Shown here: piece after piece, positions 8,778-18,238 of the stretch
Layout of the letters: each line of letters opens with the position of its first letter
How positions within the stretch are numbered: position 1 is the stretch's first letter
From: Limnohabitans sp.
GTDB lineage: Bacteria > Pseudomonadota > Gammaproteobacteria > Burkholderiales > Burkholderiaceae_C
Assembly: GCA_017986605.1 (NCBI GenBank)
Contig: JAGNVG010000001.1
Coordinates: forward strand, 3,115 to 56,857
DNA: 53,743 bases
Reading direction: 5' to 3'
Position numbers and translations under genes: made by a program
Notes under the pieces: generated by a model
Database searches by the model: none
What the model was told of the DNA's origin: nothing
What the model saw: the letters and a program-made list of their open reading frames with translations, nothing else

Positions 8778-9149
8778 TCAAGATTTTTCGTCCTTGAACA
8801 GGCCTTTCATGTTTTCCAGGTTGTTGGCAACGCGCAAAGCCACTTCACTGGGGATCTGGCGGACCACTTCACCGTTTTCACTGTTCTTCACCGTGACGAC
8901 AATTTTGTTGGATACGTCGTCCACGCTGAAGCTCAGATCACGCTTGCTGTGCGTCATTTTTTTGTTCAGTTGTTCCGTGGCTTCTTCCAAAGCCCGACGG
9001 GCTTCCCGAGGGTCGGGTTTGTTTTCGACGGCGGGCTTGACGTCGACAGGTGGCTGTGGGCGGGCTTGTCCTTCGACCGAGCGCGCAGCGGGAATGGCCA
9101 CTGGTGTGGCTGCTGCGCGGGCTGCGCTGGTTTGGATATCGTTGCTCAT
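8778..9149 (-). CDS. flaG: Flagellar protein FlaG
   Basis: LSFSVD...VVRQIPSE motif; lies between fliD and fliC. Confidence 0.9.
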   Translation of the reverse strand: MSNDIQTSAARAAATPVAIPAARSVEGQARPQPPVDVKPAVENKPDPREARRALEEATEQLNKKMTHSKRDLSFSVDDVSNKIVVTVKNSENGEVVRQIPSEVALRVANNLENMKGLFKDEKS

Positions 9150-9236
9150 GGTGTTGTCCTTGATCTCATCCCCGCTGACAGAACTGGCGTAAGGAGAACC
9201 GTCTGGCGGCTCACCAAATGGGGATGTCGTGATGGA

Positions 9237-9263
9237 GATTCGGACGCTTAGAGCGAAACTTGA
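9237..9263 (-). promoter_or_regulatory. sigma28 promoter of flaG
   Basis: TCAAG-N14-TCCGAATC. Confidence 0.7.
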
Positions 9264-9339
9264 GCCGTTTTTTGCAAAAACGGCAAAAAATGGCCGAAAA
9301 CTGAATTGAGCCCGCTCAAGCAGGCTGCCGAGGGCGTTT

Positions 9340-10740
9340 TCAGCCCGTGTAAGCTTTCATCATGCCTTCAAAGGTGCCTTTGAGGCCCTCGCGCATGCTG
9401 TTGCTGTTGCCCACGATGCTTTCCATGATGCTGAATTGGTTGGTGTAGCGGGTCATGAGCTTTTCCATGCGCTCTTCCAACACGGTCAATTCTTTTTTGT
9501 ATTTCGCAATTTGCGTGGTGGCATTTTGACTTTGGGTGTCGATCAGGCCCGTCGACAACAGCATTTTTTCGAGTTTGTTGATGGCTCCGCCCGCCAAACC
9601 GGCTGGCGCGGTGCTGTAAACGCTTTTGTTGTTGGTGCCTGCGCTGAACATGGTGGCCACTTCGCCAAAGTTGTTTTGCAAGGCTTTGTCCAGTTTCCCC
9701 TCATCCAGTGTGAGTTTGCCGTAGCGGTCGATACTCAGACCGACATCGCGACCTGCTTTGATGGTGCTGCCGGGTGTGGTGGAGTTGGCTGTGACCATTT
9801 CCCGCACCTGGTTGCGGACACTTTGGAGCAGGTTGTCGCCCGCTAAGGCGCCGCCAAATTCTTCCACTTCGCTCGCACTGTCACCCAAAATGTTCAGGGT
9901 TTCCGCAAAGTCGTTGTAGGCGGTGACCAAGCCTTGGATATTGCCCTTGATGCTGGTGGTGTCGCGGTTCAGGTCCAGTCGGGCGGCACCTGTGCTGGTG
10001 GCATACAGGTCCAGGGTCACCCCATCAATGACGTCACTGATGGTGTTGCTGCTGCGTGTCACAGGCAAACCGTTGACCTTGAAGCTGGCATCTGTGGCGG
10101 TTTGCAATGGGGTTGCAAACGAAAGGCCTGACACGGCCGCGCCATGGCCGTCATCGCTGGCCATGCTGAAACTTTGGGCTGCCCCCGTCTCACCGGTCAG
10201 CACCACATTGAAGCCGTTACCGGTGTTGATGAGTTGAGCGCTCACGCCCAATTTGGCGCCGTTGATGGCGCTGACCAAGCCCGCTGGTGTGGGTGTGGGG
10301 ACGTTGATCGGGTCTTTGACTACCCCGCCCACGGTGAGATTCAGACTGAACGGCGTCCCGCCATTGAGTGCTGTGTCCCTCGCGGCGAAGGTGTTGCTGG
10401 CAGTGCGCTGGGCCAGCGCAGTTTGCAGCACTTCAATGCTGTAACTGCCTGCTTCTGCTGAACTGCCGGCCGTGACCCCAAATGCGCTGGGTTGGGTGTT
10501 GCTGGGCTGCAGGGAGCTGAAATCACTGGCGTCGTTGAGTTTGCCGAAGGCTGTTTTGAGGGTTGAAAGGGCAAACTTGATGGCGCTGTAACCCGAAATG
10601 CGGGCTTCAGTTTGGGTGATTTTGGCGTCGATTCGCTCTTTTTTGGGCGTTTTTTCCGCGTCCACCAGACTTTGGGCCAGCGCCTTGACATCAATACCGG
10701 AGCCGGCACCGAGGGTGTTGACAATGCTACTGGTGGCCAT
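9340..10740 (-). CDS. fliD: Filament cap protein
   Basis: LGAGSGID, RSSNTISDVIDGVTL and FSIMES motifs. Confidence 0.95.
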   Translation of the reverse strand: MATSSIVNTLGAGSGIDVKALAQSLVDAEKTPKKERIDAKITQTEARISGYSAIKFALSTLKTAFGKLNDASDFSSLQPSNTQPSAFGVTAGSSAEAGSYSIEVLQTALAQRTASNTFAARDTALNGGTPFSLNLTVGGVVKDPINVPTPTPAGLVSAINGAKLGVSAQLINTGNGFNVVLTGETGAAQSFSMASDDGHGAAVSGLSFATPLQTATDASFKVNGLPVTRSSNTISDVIDGVTLDLYATSTGAARLDLNRDTTSIKGNIQGLVTAYNDFAETLNILGDSASEVEEFGGALAGDNLLQSVRNQVREMVTANSTTPGSTIKAGRDVGLSIDRYGKLTLDEGKLDKALQNNFGEVATMFSAGTNNKSVYSTAPAGLAGGAINKLEKMLLSTGLIDTQSQNATTQIAKYKKELTVLEERMEKLMTRYTNQFSIMESIVGNSNSMREGLKGTFEGMMKAYTG

Positions 10741-10783
10741 GGGGTGGATTCGCTGGTGGGGTGTTCGAAAGGGTTCAGGTCAT

Positions 10784-10810
10784 GTGTCGGCACGAAGCAC
10801 TGAAACTTGA
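10784..10810 (-). promoter_or_regulatory. sigma28 promoter of fliD
   Basis: TCAAG-N14-GCCGACAC. Confidence 0.75.
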
Positions 10811-10825
10811 ATTGATGCGCTGTCT

Positions 10826-11740
10826 TCAGCCTCGGATGTAGTCAAAAAGTGACAGTCCTGAAATTTTGGAGAAGCTGCCCATGGCGGCTTCCAGTGCCAT
10901 CATTTCTTTGTTCACCCGGGTAACGGCCTCAGCGTAGTCCAGGTCCTCAATTTCAGACAGCGTTGACTTCATGCGCAATTGGGTTTCTTCGAGGACGTCT
11001 TTTTGAGTCGAAATCACTTGCTGGTCGGAGCCATTTTTAGCCTGTGACAGAGTCAGGGTGTTGTGCATTTGGGTCACGTCAGCGATGCCCCTTTGGATGC
11101 CCGTGGTCTGGTTCTTATCGGTGGCGTCAATCATCTGATCGAGCGCATCAAAAAAACCAACGGCTTCTCCGTTGCCGCGCACCACCCGGCTGAACACATC
11201 GGTGCCGGCTCGACTGAATTGCACGGTGCGCTCCACCCCGGCTGGAATGCTGGTTTGGGTTTGGTCGCCTTGGTATTGCACTTGACCCGTCCCATTTTCT
11301 GCAAAGGCGGGTGTGTTGACCCGTGTGCCAGAGAACAGGTAGTTGCCGCTGTCGTCTTGTGTGTTGCCCAGGCTGAGCAACTGGTCCCGCAAGGCTTTCA
11401 TCTCAACACCGATGGCTTTGCGATCATCTGGGCCCAGTGTGTCGTTGGCGGCTTGAATCGCCAATTCTTTGAGACGGATCAGCAGGTCATTGGAGGCGCT
11501 GAGTGCATTTTCTTCTGCACCAAAACGCCGAATGGCCACATCCAGTGTGCGCATATGACTGTCTTGGCGTTGCACTTCACCCTTCAGTCGCTGGATGGCA
11601 GCGGCTTGGTCGGGTGCAGCGCTGGGCGAGAGGATTTGTTTGCCTACGGCCAGTTGCGCCTGCGTGGTGGCCAGTTTGTTTTGGGTGCTGCTCATGCGAT
11701 CGGTCGCACGGTCAAACAGGAAAGAGGTGGAGATTTTCAT
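10826..11740 (-). CDS. flgL: Hook-associated protein 3
   Basis: MKIST, GNYLFSG and IEDLDYAEA motifs. Confidence 0.95.
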   Translation of the reverse strand: MKISTSFLFDRATDRMSSTQNKLATTQAQLAVGKQILSPSAAPDQAAAIQRLKGEVQRQDSHMRTLDVAIRRFGAEENALSASNDLLIRLKELAIQAANDTLGPDDRKAIGVEMKALRDQLLSLGNTQDDSGNYLFSGTRVNTPAFAENGTGQVQYQGDQTQTSIPAGVERTVQFSRAGTDVFSRVVRGNGEAVGFFDALDQMIDATDKNQTTGIQRGIADVTQMHNTLTLSQAKNGSDQQVISTQKDVLEETQLRMKSTLSEIEDLDYAEAVTRVNKEMMALEAAMGSFSKISGLSLFDYIRG

Positions 11741-11757
11741 GAGAACGCTTTCGAGGT

Positions 11758-14253
11758 TCAGCGGATCTGCAAGATGCTGTCAAACAAAGCCATGGCGGTT
11801 TGCATGACTTTGGCGTTGGCTTGATAGGCTTGTTGAAAGCGGACCAGAGCAGAGGCTTCCTCATCCAGACTCACACCTGAAATACCGTCGCGTGCTTCTT
11901 GGGCTTGCTCGTACACCACCGTCAGTGCTTGTTCTGCGATGGCGGCTTGCCGTGCCACATTACCGACTTGGTTGACGCTCTCAATATAGGCCTCTGTCAT
12001 GGTGAGGCCTCCGGGCATGAGCGGTGATTTTTCGAGATTGCCCAGCAGCAGCATGGCTTCGTTGTTGCCAATGCCGTTGCGGTTACCGTCGATGGTGAAT
12101 TTGTCGCCCGCCTTGGGCAAGGTCGAGAAATCCAGCGTCAAGCCACGGTATTGCACACTGGGCGGGGGCATACCGGGCGTGGCAACCATGCTCCGCTCGG
12201 CGAGCACGGTTTGACTGTTGACGTCGCGAATCACATAGTCCGTGTCAGTGATGAACGCGACTTCCAGCGGGGCGTTGCGCAGCGCCTGCTTCATGTTGTT
12301 GTCCAGGCCGCCATATTGCGCCGTCACACTGGCTTGGGTGGGCTGTCCGCTCGTGTCGGTGACAAAAACCAGCAAGTCATCAGGTGATGCACCCTGGATG
12401 TACAGGCTGGTTGAAAAGCCAAGCTGCTGCAAATCAGAGGGACTGCCGCTGGCACCCATGCCCAAACGGATATCTCCTGTGCTGGCTGTGGCCGATGTGC
12501 GTGTGAGCACGATCTGGCTTTGTGCATCCAGGCTCGCTTGCAGGCCCATGGCGTTTTGCTGCGTCGGTGCATTGACCCAAGCAACAAAGTCTGCAGCTGT
12601 CGCCAGTCCATCGGGAATGGCCACGCCATTGAGTGTGAAAGTCCCCGTCGACGTGGGCAGCAACAAGGAGGCATCGAGCTTGAGTTGGGCAGGCTGGGCA
12701 ATGGCATCCAGACGCTCTCCGGTCAGGACGTTGAATTGCTGCTCCAGCACCACTTCGGCCTTGACCCCCACAAAGATGTCCATGTCCATGTAGGTGGAGG
12801 CACCGCTTTGATTCAGGTAGGCGTCGCTGTAACGTGCACCAGGCTCTGCGCCATTGCTCGAGCGCAGCAACAGCCCTTGGTCGACCTCGTTCAGTGAGGT
12901 ACCAACCAAATGGCGTCCGTCGCGGGTCATGACTTGTAAGTTTTGTTGCGCACTGGCGGTGGATAAGGTGATCTTGAGGTCACGCATGCCTTGTGGAATC
13001 AGCCCCACCTCGGCAAAGCTTTGGCCAAATCCGATGGGCAGCGTTTCGGTGGCGATGGCGGGCGACAGGGCGCTGGCCAGTGACCCCAGCAAACCGTCCG
13101 GGCCAGCGAAATCGGGCTCTGTGTAACCAATTCTCGCTTGGGCGGTGCCTTTGTTCAACGGATCGTCAATCACTCTGAACTGACCTGCCGCTGCCACGCG
13201 GCTGGCGTCTTGGATGATCATGCGCATCCCACTGGCCGTGTCATCTGCACCAGAGGCAAAGCCAAACAGGTCGCCCCCGAGTAAACCTTCTGCGTCGATG
13301 CCAGTGCGGTGTACGGCGTTGATTTCATCCACCACCACACGCGACAAGTTGTTGAGCGAATCGGCAGCAGGGGCCAGTACTTGCTCGCGAAAATTGAGCA
13401 CACCGCCGAGTTTGCCGTTGGTGATGGGGGGCAACGCCAGTTGCAGACCGGTGACGGGGTTGGTCGGCGGGTAGCGGTAGTTCAGCTGCAGGTCACCATT
13501 GGACGCGGCACTGACCATGATGTCTCGTGACTCGTCTTTGTTGACCAAGAAACCTTGACTGCTGGTGTCACCCAGCGTGACCAAGACTTCACCGTTTTGT
13601 GAAAAACTGGTTTTGATGGTCGTCAACTCGGACATTTTTCTCAGCAACAGGTCGCGTTGGTCGAGCAACTCGGAGGGTTGCTTGTTGACGTCGGTGTGCT
13701 TGCCCAGTTGTTTGTTGATCAGGGCCAGTTGTTTGGTCAGCGCGTTGACTTGACCCACATCGGTTTCAACCGACTGGCGGGTTTCGTTGTCCAGCAATTC
13801 GAATTGGCTGGCCAACTGCCGAAAACGGGCCGCCAGACCATCGGCATCGCGCAAAAAGCTGGTGCGAGAGATGGTGGAGGCGGGGTCGCTCGCGAGGTCG
13901 CGGGCCGACTCATAGAACCGGTTCATGGCCGTGGTCAGACCGATGCTTTCATCACCCATCACGTCAATCAGACGGTTGACGTAAGAGAGCAGGGGTTTTT
14001 GACTGGCCAAGTCACTGTTGCTGTTGCGCAAATTGGATTCGACAAAAGCGTCGTATTGGCGCTGAACCGCATCAAATCGTGCCCCGGTACCGAGGTAACT
14101 GCCGCCCATTTGCCGCGGCAGGTTGGCCGCCAGTGAAACATCTTGACGGGTGTAGCCGTCGGTGTTGACGTTGGCGATGTTGTTGGAGACGGTGGCCAGA
14201 GCACGTTGGTATGCGTTAACGCCCGAGCTGCCAATGCTGAGCAAGTCACTCAT
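11758..14253 (-). CDS. flgK: Hook-associated protein 1 (enlarged, 831 aa)
   Basis: NNIANVNTDGYTRQ and SGVSLDEEA...QQAYQANAK motifs. Confidence 0.95.
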   Translation of the reverse strand: MSDLLSIGSSGVNAYQRALATVSNNIANVNTDGYTRQDVSLAANLPRQMGGSYLGTGARFDAVQRQYDAFVESNLRNSNSDLASQKPLLSYVNRLIDVMGDESIGLTTAMNRFYESARDLASDPASTISRTSFLRDADGLAARFRQLASQFELLDNETRQSVETDVGQVNALTKQLALINKQLGKHTDVNKQPSELLDQRDLLLRKMSELTTIKTSFSQNGEVLVTLGDTSSQGFLVNKDESRDIMVSAASNGDLQLNYRYPPTNPVTGLQLALPPITNGKLGGVLNFREQVLAPAADSLNNLSRVVVDEINAVHRTGIDAEGLLGGDLFGFASGADDTASGMRMIIQDASRVAAAGQFRVIDDPLNKGTAQARIGYTEPDFAGPDGLLGSLASALSPAIATETLPIGFGQSFAEVGLIPQGMRDLKITLSTASAQQNLQVMTRDGRHLVGTSLNEVDQGLLLRSSNGAEPGARYSDAYLNQSGASTYMDMDIFVGVKAEVVLEQQFNVLTGERLDAIAQPAQLKLDASLLLPTSTGTFTLNGVAIPDGLATAADFVAWVNAPTQQNAMGLQASLDAQSQIVLTRTSATASTGDIRLGMGASGSPSDLQQLGFSTSLYIQGASPDDLLVFVTDTSGQPTQASVTAQYGGLDNNMKQALRNAPLEVAFITDTDYVIRDVNSQTVLAERSMVATPGMPPPSVQYRGLTLDFSTLPKAGDKFTIDGNRNGIGNNEAMLLLGNLEKSPLMPGGLTMTEAYIESVNQVGNVARQAAIAEQALTVVYEQAQEARDGISGVSLDEEASALVRFQQAYQANAKVMQTAMALFDSILQIR

Positions 14254-14726
14254 GGCTTATCTCCTGGTGTGACCTGGTCGAGCTTATAGCCGGAGATGCG
14301 CTCAATTTCGTAGGCTTTGATGGCTTCCGGCTTGAGTGACATGGCTTCGCGCGCAGGGTTCAAAGGCAAGGCCTTGGCGTCGGTTTTGTGCAATTGAAGT
14401 GCATCCTGTGTGCTCATGCCTTGCGCCAGTTTCATTTGGCGCTCCATCATGTTGGCCAGACCCATGCCACCGCGTTTGACCATTTGCAAGGACACTTCCT
14501 TGTCCATCAGGTCTTGGTACATGTCCATATTGCCACCGTCAACGAGATCGCTTTTTTCAATGGACTCTCGCATGGTTTTCATCATCTGTTGGATGAAATA
14601 GGCTTCAAATTGCTCAGAAGTCTGGCGAATGGCTTTGGACGGATCTTGCGCTGCCTCACCCTTCAGGCGCGTGAGCGCATTGAAGTCCAGGTAAGTGCTG
14701 GAGGTGTTGGTGGACAGGTCGCTCAT
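14250..14726 (-). CDS. flgJ: Rod-cap FlgJ, rod-binding domain only (no muramidase)
   Basis: QFEAYFIQQMMKTMR and GGMGLA motifs; 158 aa. Confidence 0.88.
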   Translation of the reverse strand: MSDLSTNTSSTYLDFNALTRLKGEAAQDPSKAIRQTSEQFEAYFIQQMMKTMRESIEKSDLVDGGNMDMYQDLMDKEVSLQMVKRGGMGLANMMERQMKLAQGMSTQDALQLHKTDAKALPLNPAREAMSLKPEAIKAYEIERISGYKLDQVTPGDKP

Positions 14727-14737
14727 GTCGGGGCTCT

Positions 14738-15862
14738 TTAGATGACGATCAGCTCGGCGCGCAAGCTGCCTGAGCTTTTGAGGGCTTCGAGGATGGCAAT
14801 CAGGGCCGAAGGCGTGGCGCCCACTTGGTTCACGGCATCGACCACTTGGCGCAAATCCACGCCGGGTTGGAACAGGAACATTGGGTTTTTAGGCTCTGAC
14901 ACAGCGATGTCCACGTTTTGAACAGCCGCTGTTTGGCCTTTTGAAAAAGCATTGGGCTGGGATACTTCATTGGTCGCCGAGATCGCCACTGAAATCGTAC
15001 CGTGCGCCACAGCGGCGGCCGTGACGCGCACATTGCGGCTGATGACCACAGTGCCCGTGCGTGAGTTGACCACCACGCGAGCGGGTGGATCGCCGGGTAC
15101 CACATCCAGGTTTTCAACCATGCTCATGAAGGCCACCCGTTGCGACATGTCGCTGGGCGCCTTGATGGCAAACGACATCCCATCCAAGGCCATGGCCGTG
15201 CCTTGGCCAAAACTTTTGTTGACCGCGTTGACGATCGCTGTGGTGGTCGTGAAGTCCGACTCACGCACGTTCATGACCACATGGTCGGATTTTTCAAAGG
15301 GCGTATCGACAGTACGTTCGACGGTAGCACCACCCGGAATGCGAGCTGATGTGGGAACGCCAATGCTGACTTTGGAGCCGGCCGCACTGGTTTCGACGCC
15401 TGTGGCGGTCAGCGCACCTTGTGCCAAGCTGTAAATTTCGCCGTCAACCCCGCGCAAACTGGTGAGCAGCAAGTTGCCACCGCGCAGGCTGCTGGCTTTA
15501 CCAATGGCCGAGACGTTGATGTCAATTTTTTGTCCGGGCTTGGCAAAGCCGGGTAACTCAGCGGTCACCATCACGGCGGCCACGTTCTTGATATCGATCT
15601 TGCCGCTGGTGGCGTTTTGCTCAAAGTCCGACAGGGGTCCGTCAATGCCCACACCCAAGCGGGCCAACATCGACTTCATGCTTTGGGCTGTGAAGGACAC
15701 ATCGGCGCCGTCGCCAGTGCCCTGTAAACCGACCACCAGACCGTAACCGATCAGTTGGTTGGCACGGCCTGCAGCCACCGAGGCCAAGTCTTTGACCCGG
15801 TCAGCCCAGGCGGAGCCTGAGAGGCTCAGCAACAAAAGCAAGGTGAGGAGGGGGGATTTCAT
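14738..15862 (-). CDS. flgI: P-ring protein
   Basis: NQLIGYGLVVGLQGTGD and KNVAAVMVTAELP; start at MKSPLL. Confidence 0.96.
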   Translation of the reverse strand: MKSPLLTLLLLLSLSGSAWADRVKDLASVAAGRANQLIGYGLVVGLQGTGDGADVSFTAQSMKSMLARLGVGIDGPLSDFEQNATSGKIDIKNVAAVMVTAELPGFAKPGQKIDINVSAIGKASSLRGGNLLLTSLRGVDGEIYSLAQGALTATGVETSAAGSKVSIGVPTSARIPGGATVERTVDTPFEKSDHVVMNVRESDFTTTTAIVNAVNKSFGQGTAMALDGMSFAIKAPSDMSQRVAFMSMVENLDVVPGDPPARVVVNSRTGTVVISRNVRVTAAAVAHGTISVAISATNEVSQPNAFSKGQTAAVQNVDIAVSEPKNPMFLFQPGVDLRQVVDAVNQVGATPSALIAILEALKSSGSLRAELIVI

Positions 15863-15885
15863 GGTATTTCCAGTGCTCCGTTGCA

Positions 15886-16620
15886 TCAGAAGGGCCAGAA
15901 CTTCATGAGCACATTGGTGCCCCAGCCGGCTTTTGCGGCATTGGCCATGTCCCCTGTGCCGCGGTAGGCGATCTGGGCATTGGCCAAGCGACGCGATTGA
16001 ACGGTGTTGTTGGGAGAAATGTCTTCGGGTCGGATGATGCCGCTGACTTGGATGATCTCGGCGCCTTCGGTCAAGGCGAGTTGTTTTTCGCCGCGCACCA
16101 TCAAGTTGCCATTGGCCAGGACCTCGACCACTGTGACCGAGACGTCGCCGATCAGGCTGGCTTTTTGATCGGCTTCACCGCCGCCTGAGCTTTCGATGTT
16201 GGCTTTGCTCAAATCCACGCCGCCCATGATCCCGTTCAGGGTGGTCCCAAGGATTTTGGTGGGCAGGTGCATGCCTTGAACACGGGCGTTCAATCCGTTG
16301 GGATTGCCTGCAGCAGAGGGAATCACATCGTTTTTGGCACCGCGTTTGACGCTGCCGCTTTGTGTGCGACCGGCTTGCGTGGATTCATTGAGCAAGATGG
16401 TGATCACATCGCCGACGTTGTAGGCACGCACGCGGCCAAACCAGTTGTCACTTTGACGGCCGTTGTAGATGGCGCCTGTGGCCATCTTGGGTTTTTCGAT
16501 GGCAACCGGCAGGACGGGCGCAAATTGTGGCGAGTGAGCCATGGGGGCATTGGTTGAAGCGCAACCGCTGAGCGCCAGCACGAGGCCCAGGACACAAGAA
16601 AGGGAGACAGATGTGTTCAT
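15886..16620 (-). CDS. flgH: L-ring lipoprotein
   Basis: LSGC lipobox; GDVITI and GIIRPEDI motifs. Confidence 0.96.
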   Translation of the reverse strand: MNTSVSLSCVLGLVLALSGCASTNAPMAHSPQFAPVLPVAIEKPKMATGAIYNGRQSDNWFGRVRAYNVGDVITILLNESTQAGRTQSGSVKRGAKNDVIPSAAGNPNGLNARVQGMHLPTKILGTTLNGIMGGVDLSKANIESSGGGEADQKASLIGDVSVTVVEVLANGNLMVRGEKQLALTEGAEIIQVSGIIRPEDISPNNTVQSRRLANAQIAYRGTGDMANAAKAGWGTNVLMKFWPF

Positions 16621-16630
16621 GGTGCGTGGC

Positions 16631-17416
16631 TTACATGTTGTTGTTCAGGAAGCGCAGCATGCCGTCGACTGCCGAGATGGCTTTGGAGTTGATTTCGTAG
16701 GCGCGCTGGGTTTCGATCATGTTGACCATTTCTTCCACCACGTTCACGTTGGACGCTTCCAATGAGCCTTGCATGAGTTGACCTGCGCCGGCTACGCCGG
16801 GCTGGCCTACTTGTGGTGCCCCGCTGGCCGTGGTTTCTTTCATCAGGTTCTGGCCAATAGATTGCAAACCTGCGGGGTTGGCGAATCGCGCGATCTGAAT
16901 CTGACCAATGACTTGAGTGCCACCACCGGCCGCCGCTTCCACAGACACAGTGCCGTCTTGACCCACAGTAATGCTGGCTACGTTGGGCGGGATGGTGATG
17001 GGGGGCTGGAGGGCGGCACCGTTGGCGGTGACCAATTGGCCTGTGGCAGACAATTTGAATCCGCCATCGCGGCTGTAGGCGGTGGTGCCATCGGACTGGG
17101 CAATCTGGAAAAAGCCTTCACCTTGCACGGCCAGATCGAGTGCGTTTTTGGTGGTCACCAAGCTGCCCTGGGTGTGTGTCTTTTCAGTCGACACGATGCG
17201 CACACCGGTACCCAGCATCAGGCCCGTTGGGGCCTGTGCGTCGGCTCCGACCTGCGCGCCGGGTTGGCGCAGGTTTTGGTAAAGCATGTCTTCGAACGAC
17301 GCTCGGTCGCGCTTGAAACCGGTGGTGTTGACGTTGGCCAAGTTGTTCGAGATGACCGACATGCGCGTTTGTTGCGCGTCCAGGCCGGTTTTGGCAATCC
17401 ACATTGATGCATCCAT
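16631..17416 (-). CDS. flgG: Distal rod protein
   Basis: NNLANVNTTGFK and LEASNVNVVEEM motifs. Confidence 0.97.
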   Translation of the reverse strand: MDASMWIAKTGLDAQQTRMSVISNNLANVNTTGFKRDRASFEDMLYQNLRQPGAQVGADAQAPTGLMLGTGVRIVSTEKTHTQGSLVTTKNALDLAVQGEGFFQIAQSDGTTAYSRDGGFKLSATGQLVTANGAALQPPITIPPNVASITVGQDGTVSVEAAAGGGTQVIGQIQIARFANPAGLQSIGQNLMKETTASGAPQVGQPGVAGAGQLMQGSLEASNVNVVEEMVNMIETQRAYEINSKAISAVDGMLRFLNNNM

Positions 17417-17435
17417 GGGGGGCTCCTGTCAGTGT

Positions 17436-18197
17436 TTAGGCGGTTTTCATCATGGAGGCACCCGACTCGTCGAGCGACTTGGTTTCCTTGATGATGCGAA
17501 TTTGGGTTTCGAAGCTGCGCGATTGGTCAATCAGCCGGGTCATGGCCTCAATGGCGCTGACATTGCTGCCTTCGAGGGCTTGTGGGATCAGCCGGGGAAC
17601 GGTGTTGCCTGCCGGAATATCGGCACCATCGGCTTGTCCGTCCAGTTTGAACAAGCCATCCTGGCGGCGGCCGAGTTTCACATCGGCTGCATCACGCAAA
17701 CGCAAGCGGTCGATGAAGACGGAAGGAGCCGCACCTGCTTGTGTCGGGTCTTGGGCATAAACCGATCCATCGGTGTTGATGGCCACCATCATGCCCGGGG
17801 GCACCGCAATCGGGCCGCCATCGCCCAGCACCAAATGGCCTGAGCCGTTTTCGAGCTGACCTTGTGGGTTGACTTTCAAGTCTCCGCGACGCGTGAAGGC
17901 CAAATCTCCATTGGGAGCTTGCACCGCCAGCACCGCTTTTTCCGCCATGGCGATGTCCATCGGGCGACCTGTGGCCATGATCGGGCCAGCTTCAAGCCGG
18001 ATCAGATCGCGCGCGACAGCCTGAGCCTGAAAGCGTGAGTCAAAGCCCGGGCCTTCCACCTTGATCGATTGCAAAGCCACGTCATAACTGCTTTTGAAGC
18101 CCACTGTGGACACGTTGGCCAGTTCATTGACCAGCACCTGCCGGGCAGTGGCCTGCTCCTTGATGGTGGCATTGGAGGTGAAAACAAGGCGGTCCAT
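17436..18197 (-). CDS. flgF: Proximal rod protein
   Basis: MDRLVF, LANVSTVGFK and LEGSNV motifs. Confidence 0.93.
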   Translation of the reverse strand: MDRLVFTSNATIKEQATARQVLVNELANVSTVGFKSSYDVALQSIKVEGPGFDSRFQAQAVARDLIRLEAGPIMATGRPMDIAMAEKAVLAVQAPNGDLAFTRRGDLKVNPQGQLENGSGHLVLGDGGPIAVPPGMMVAINTDGSVYAQDPTQAGAAPSVFIDRLRLRDAADVKLGRRQDGLFKLDGQADGADIPAGNTVPRLIPQALEGSNVSAIEAMTRLIDQSRSFETQIRIIKETKSLDESGASMMKTA

Positions 18198-18238
18198 GGT
18201 GTTTTTCTCAGGGGTTCAGTCGTGCAGGGTTCAGTGCA

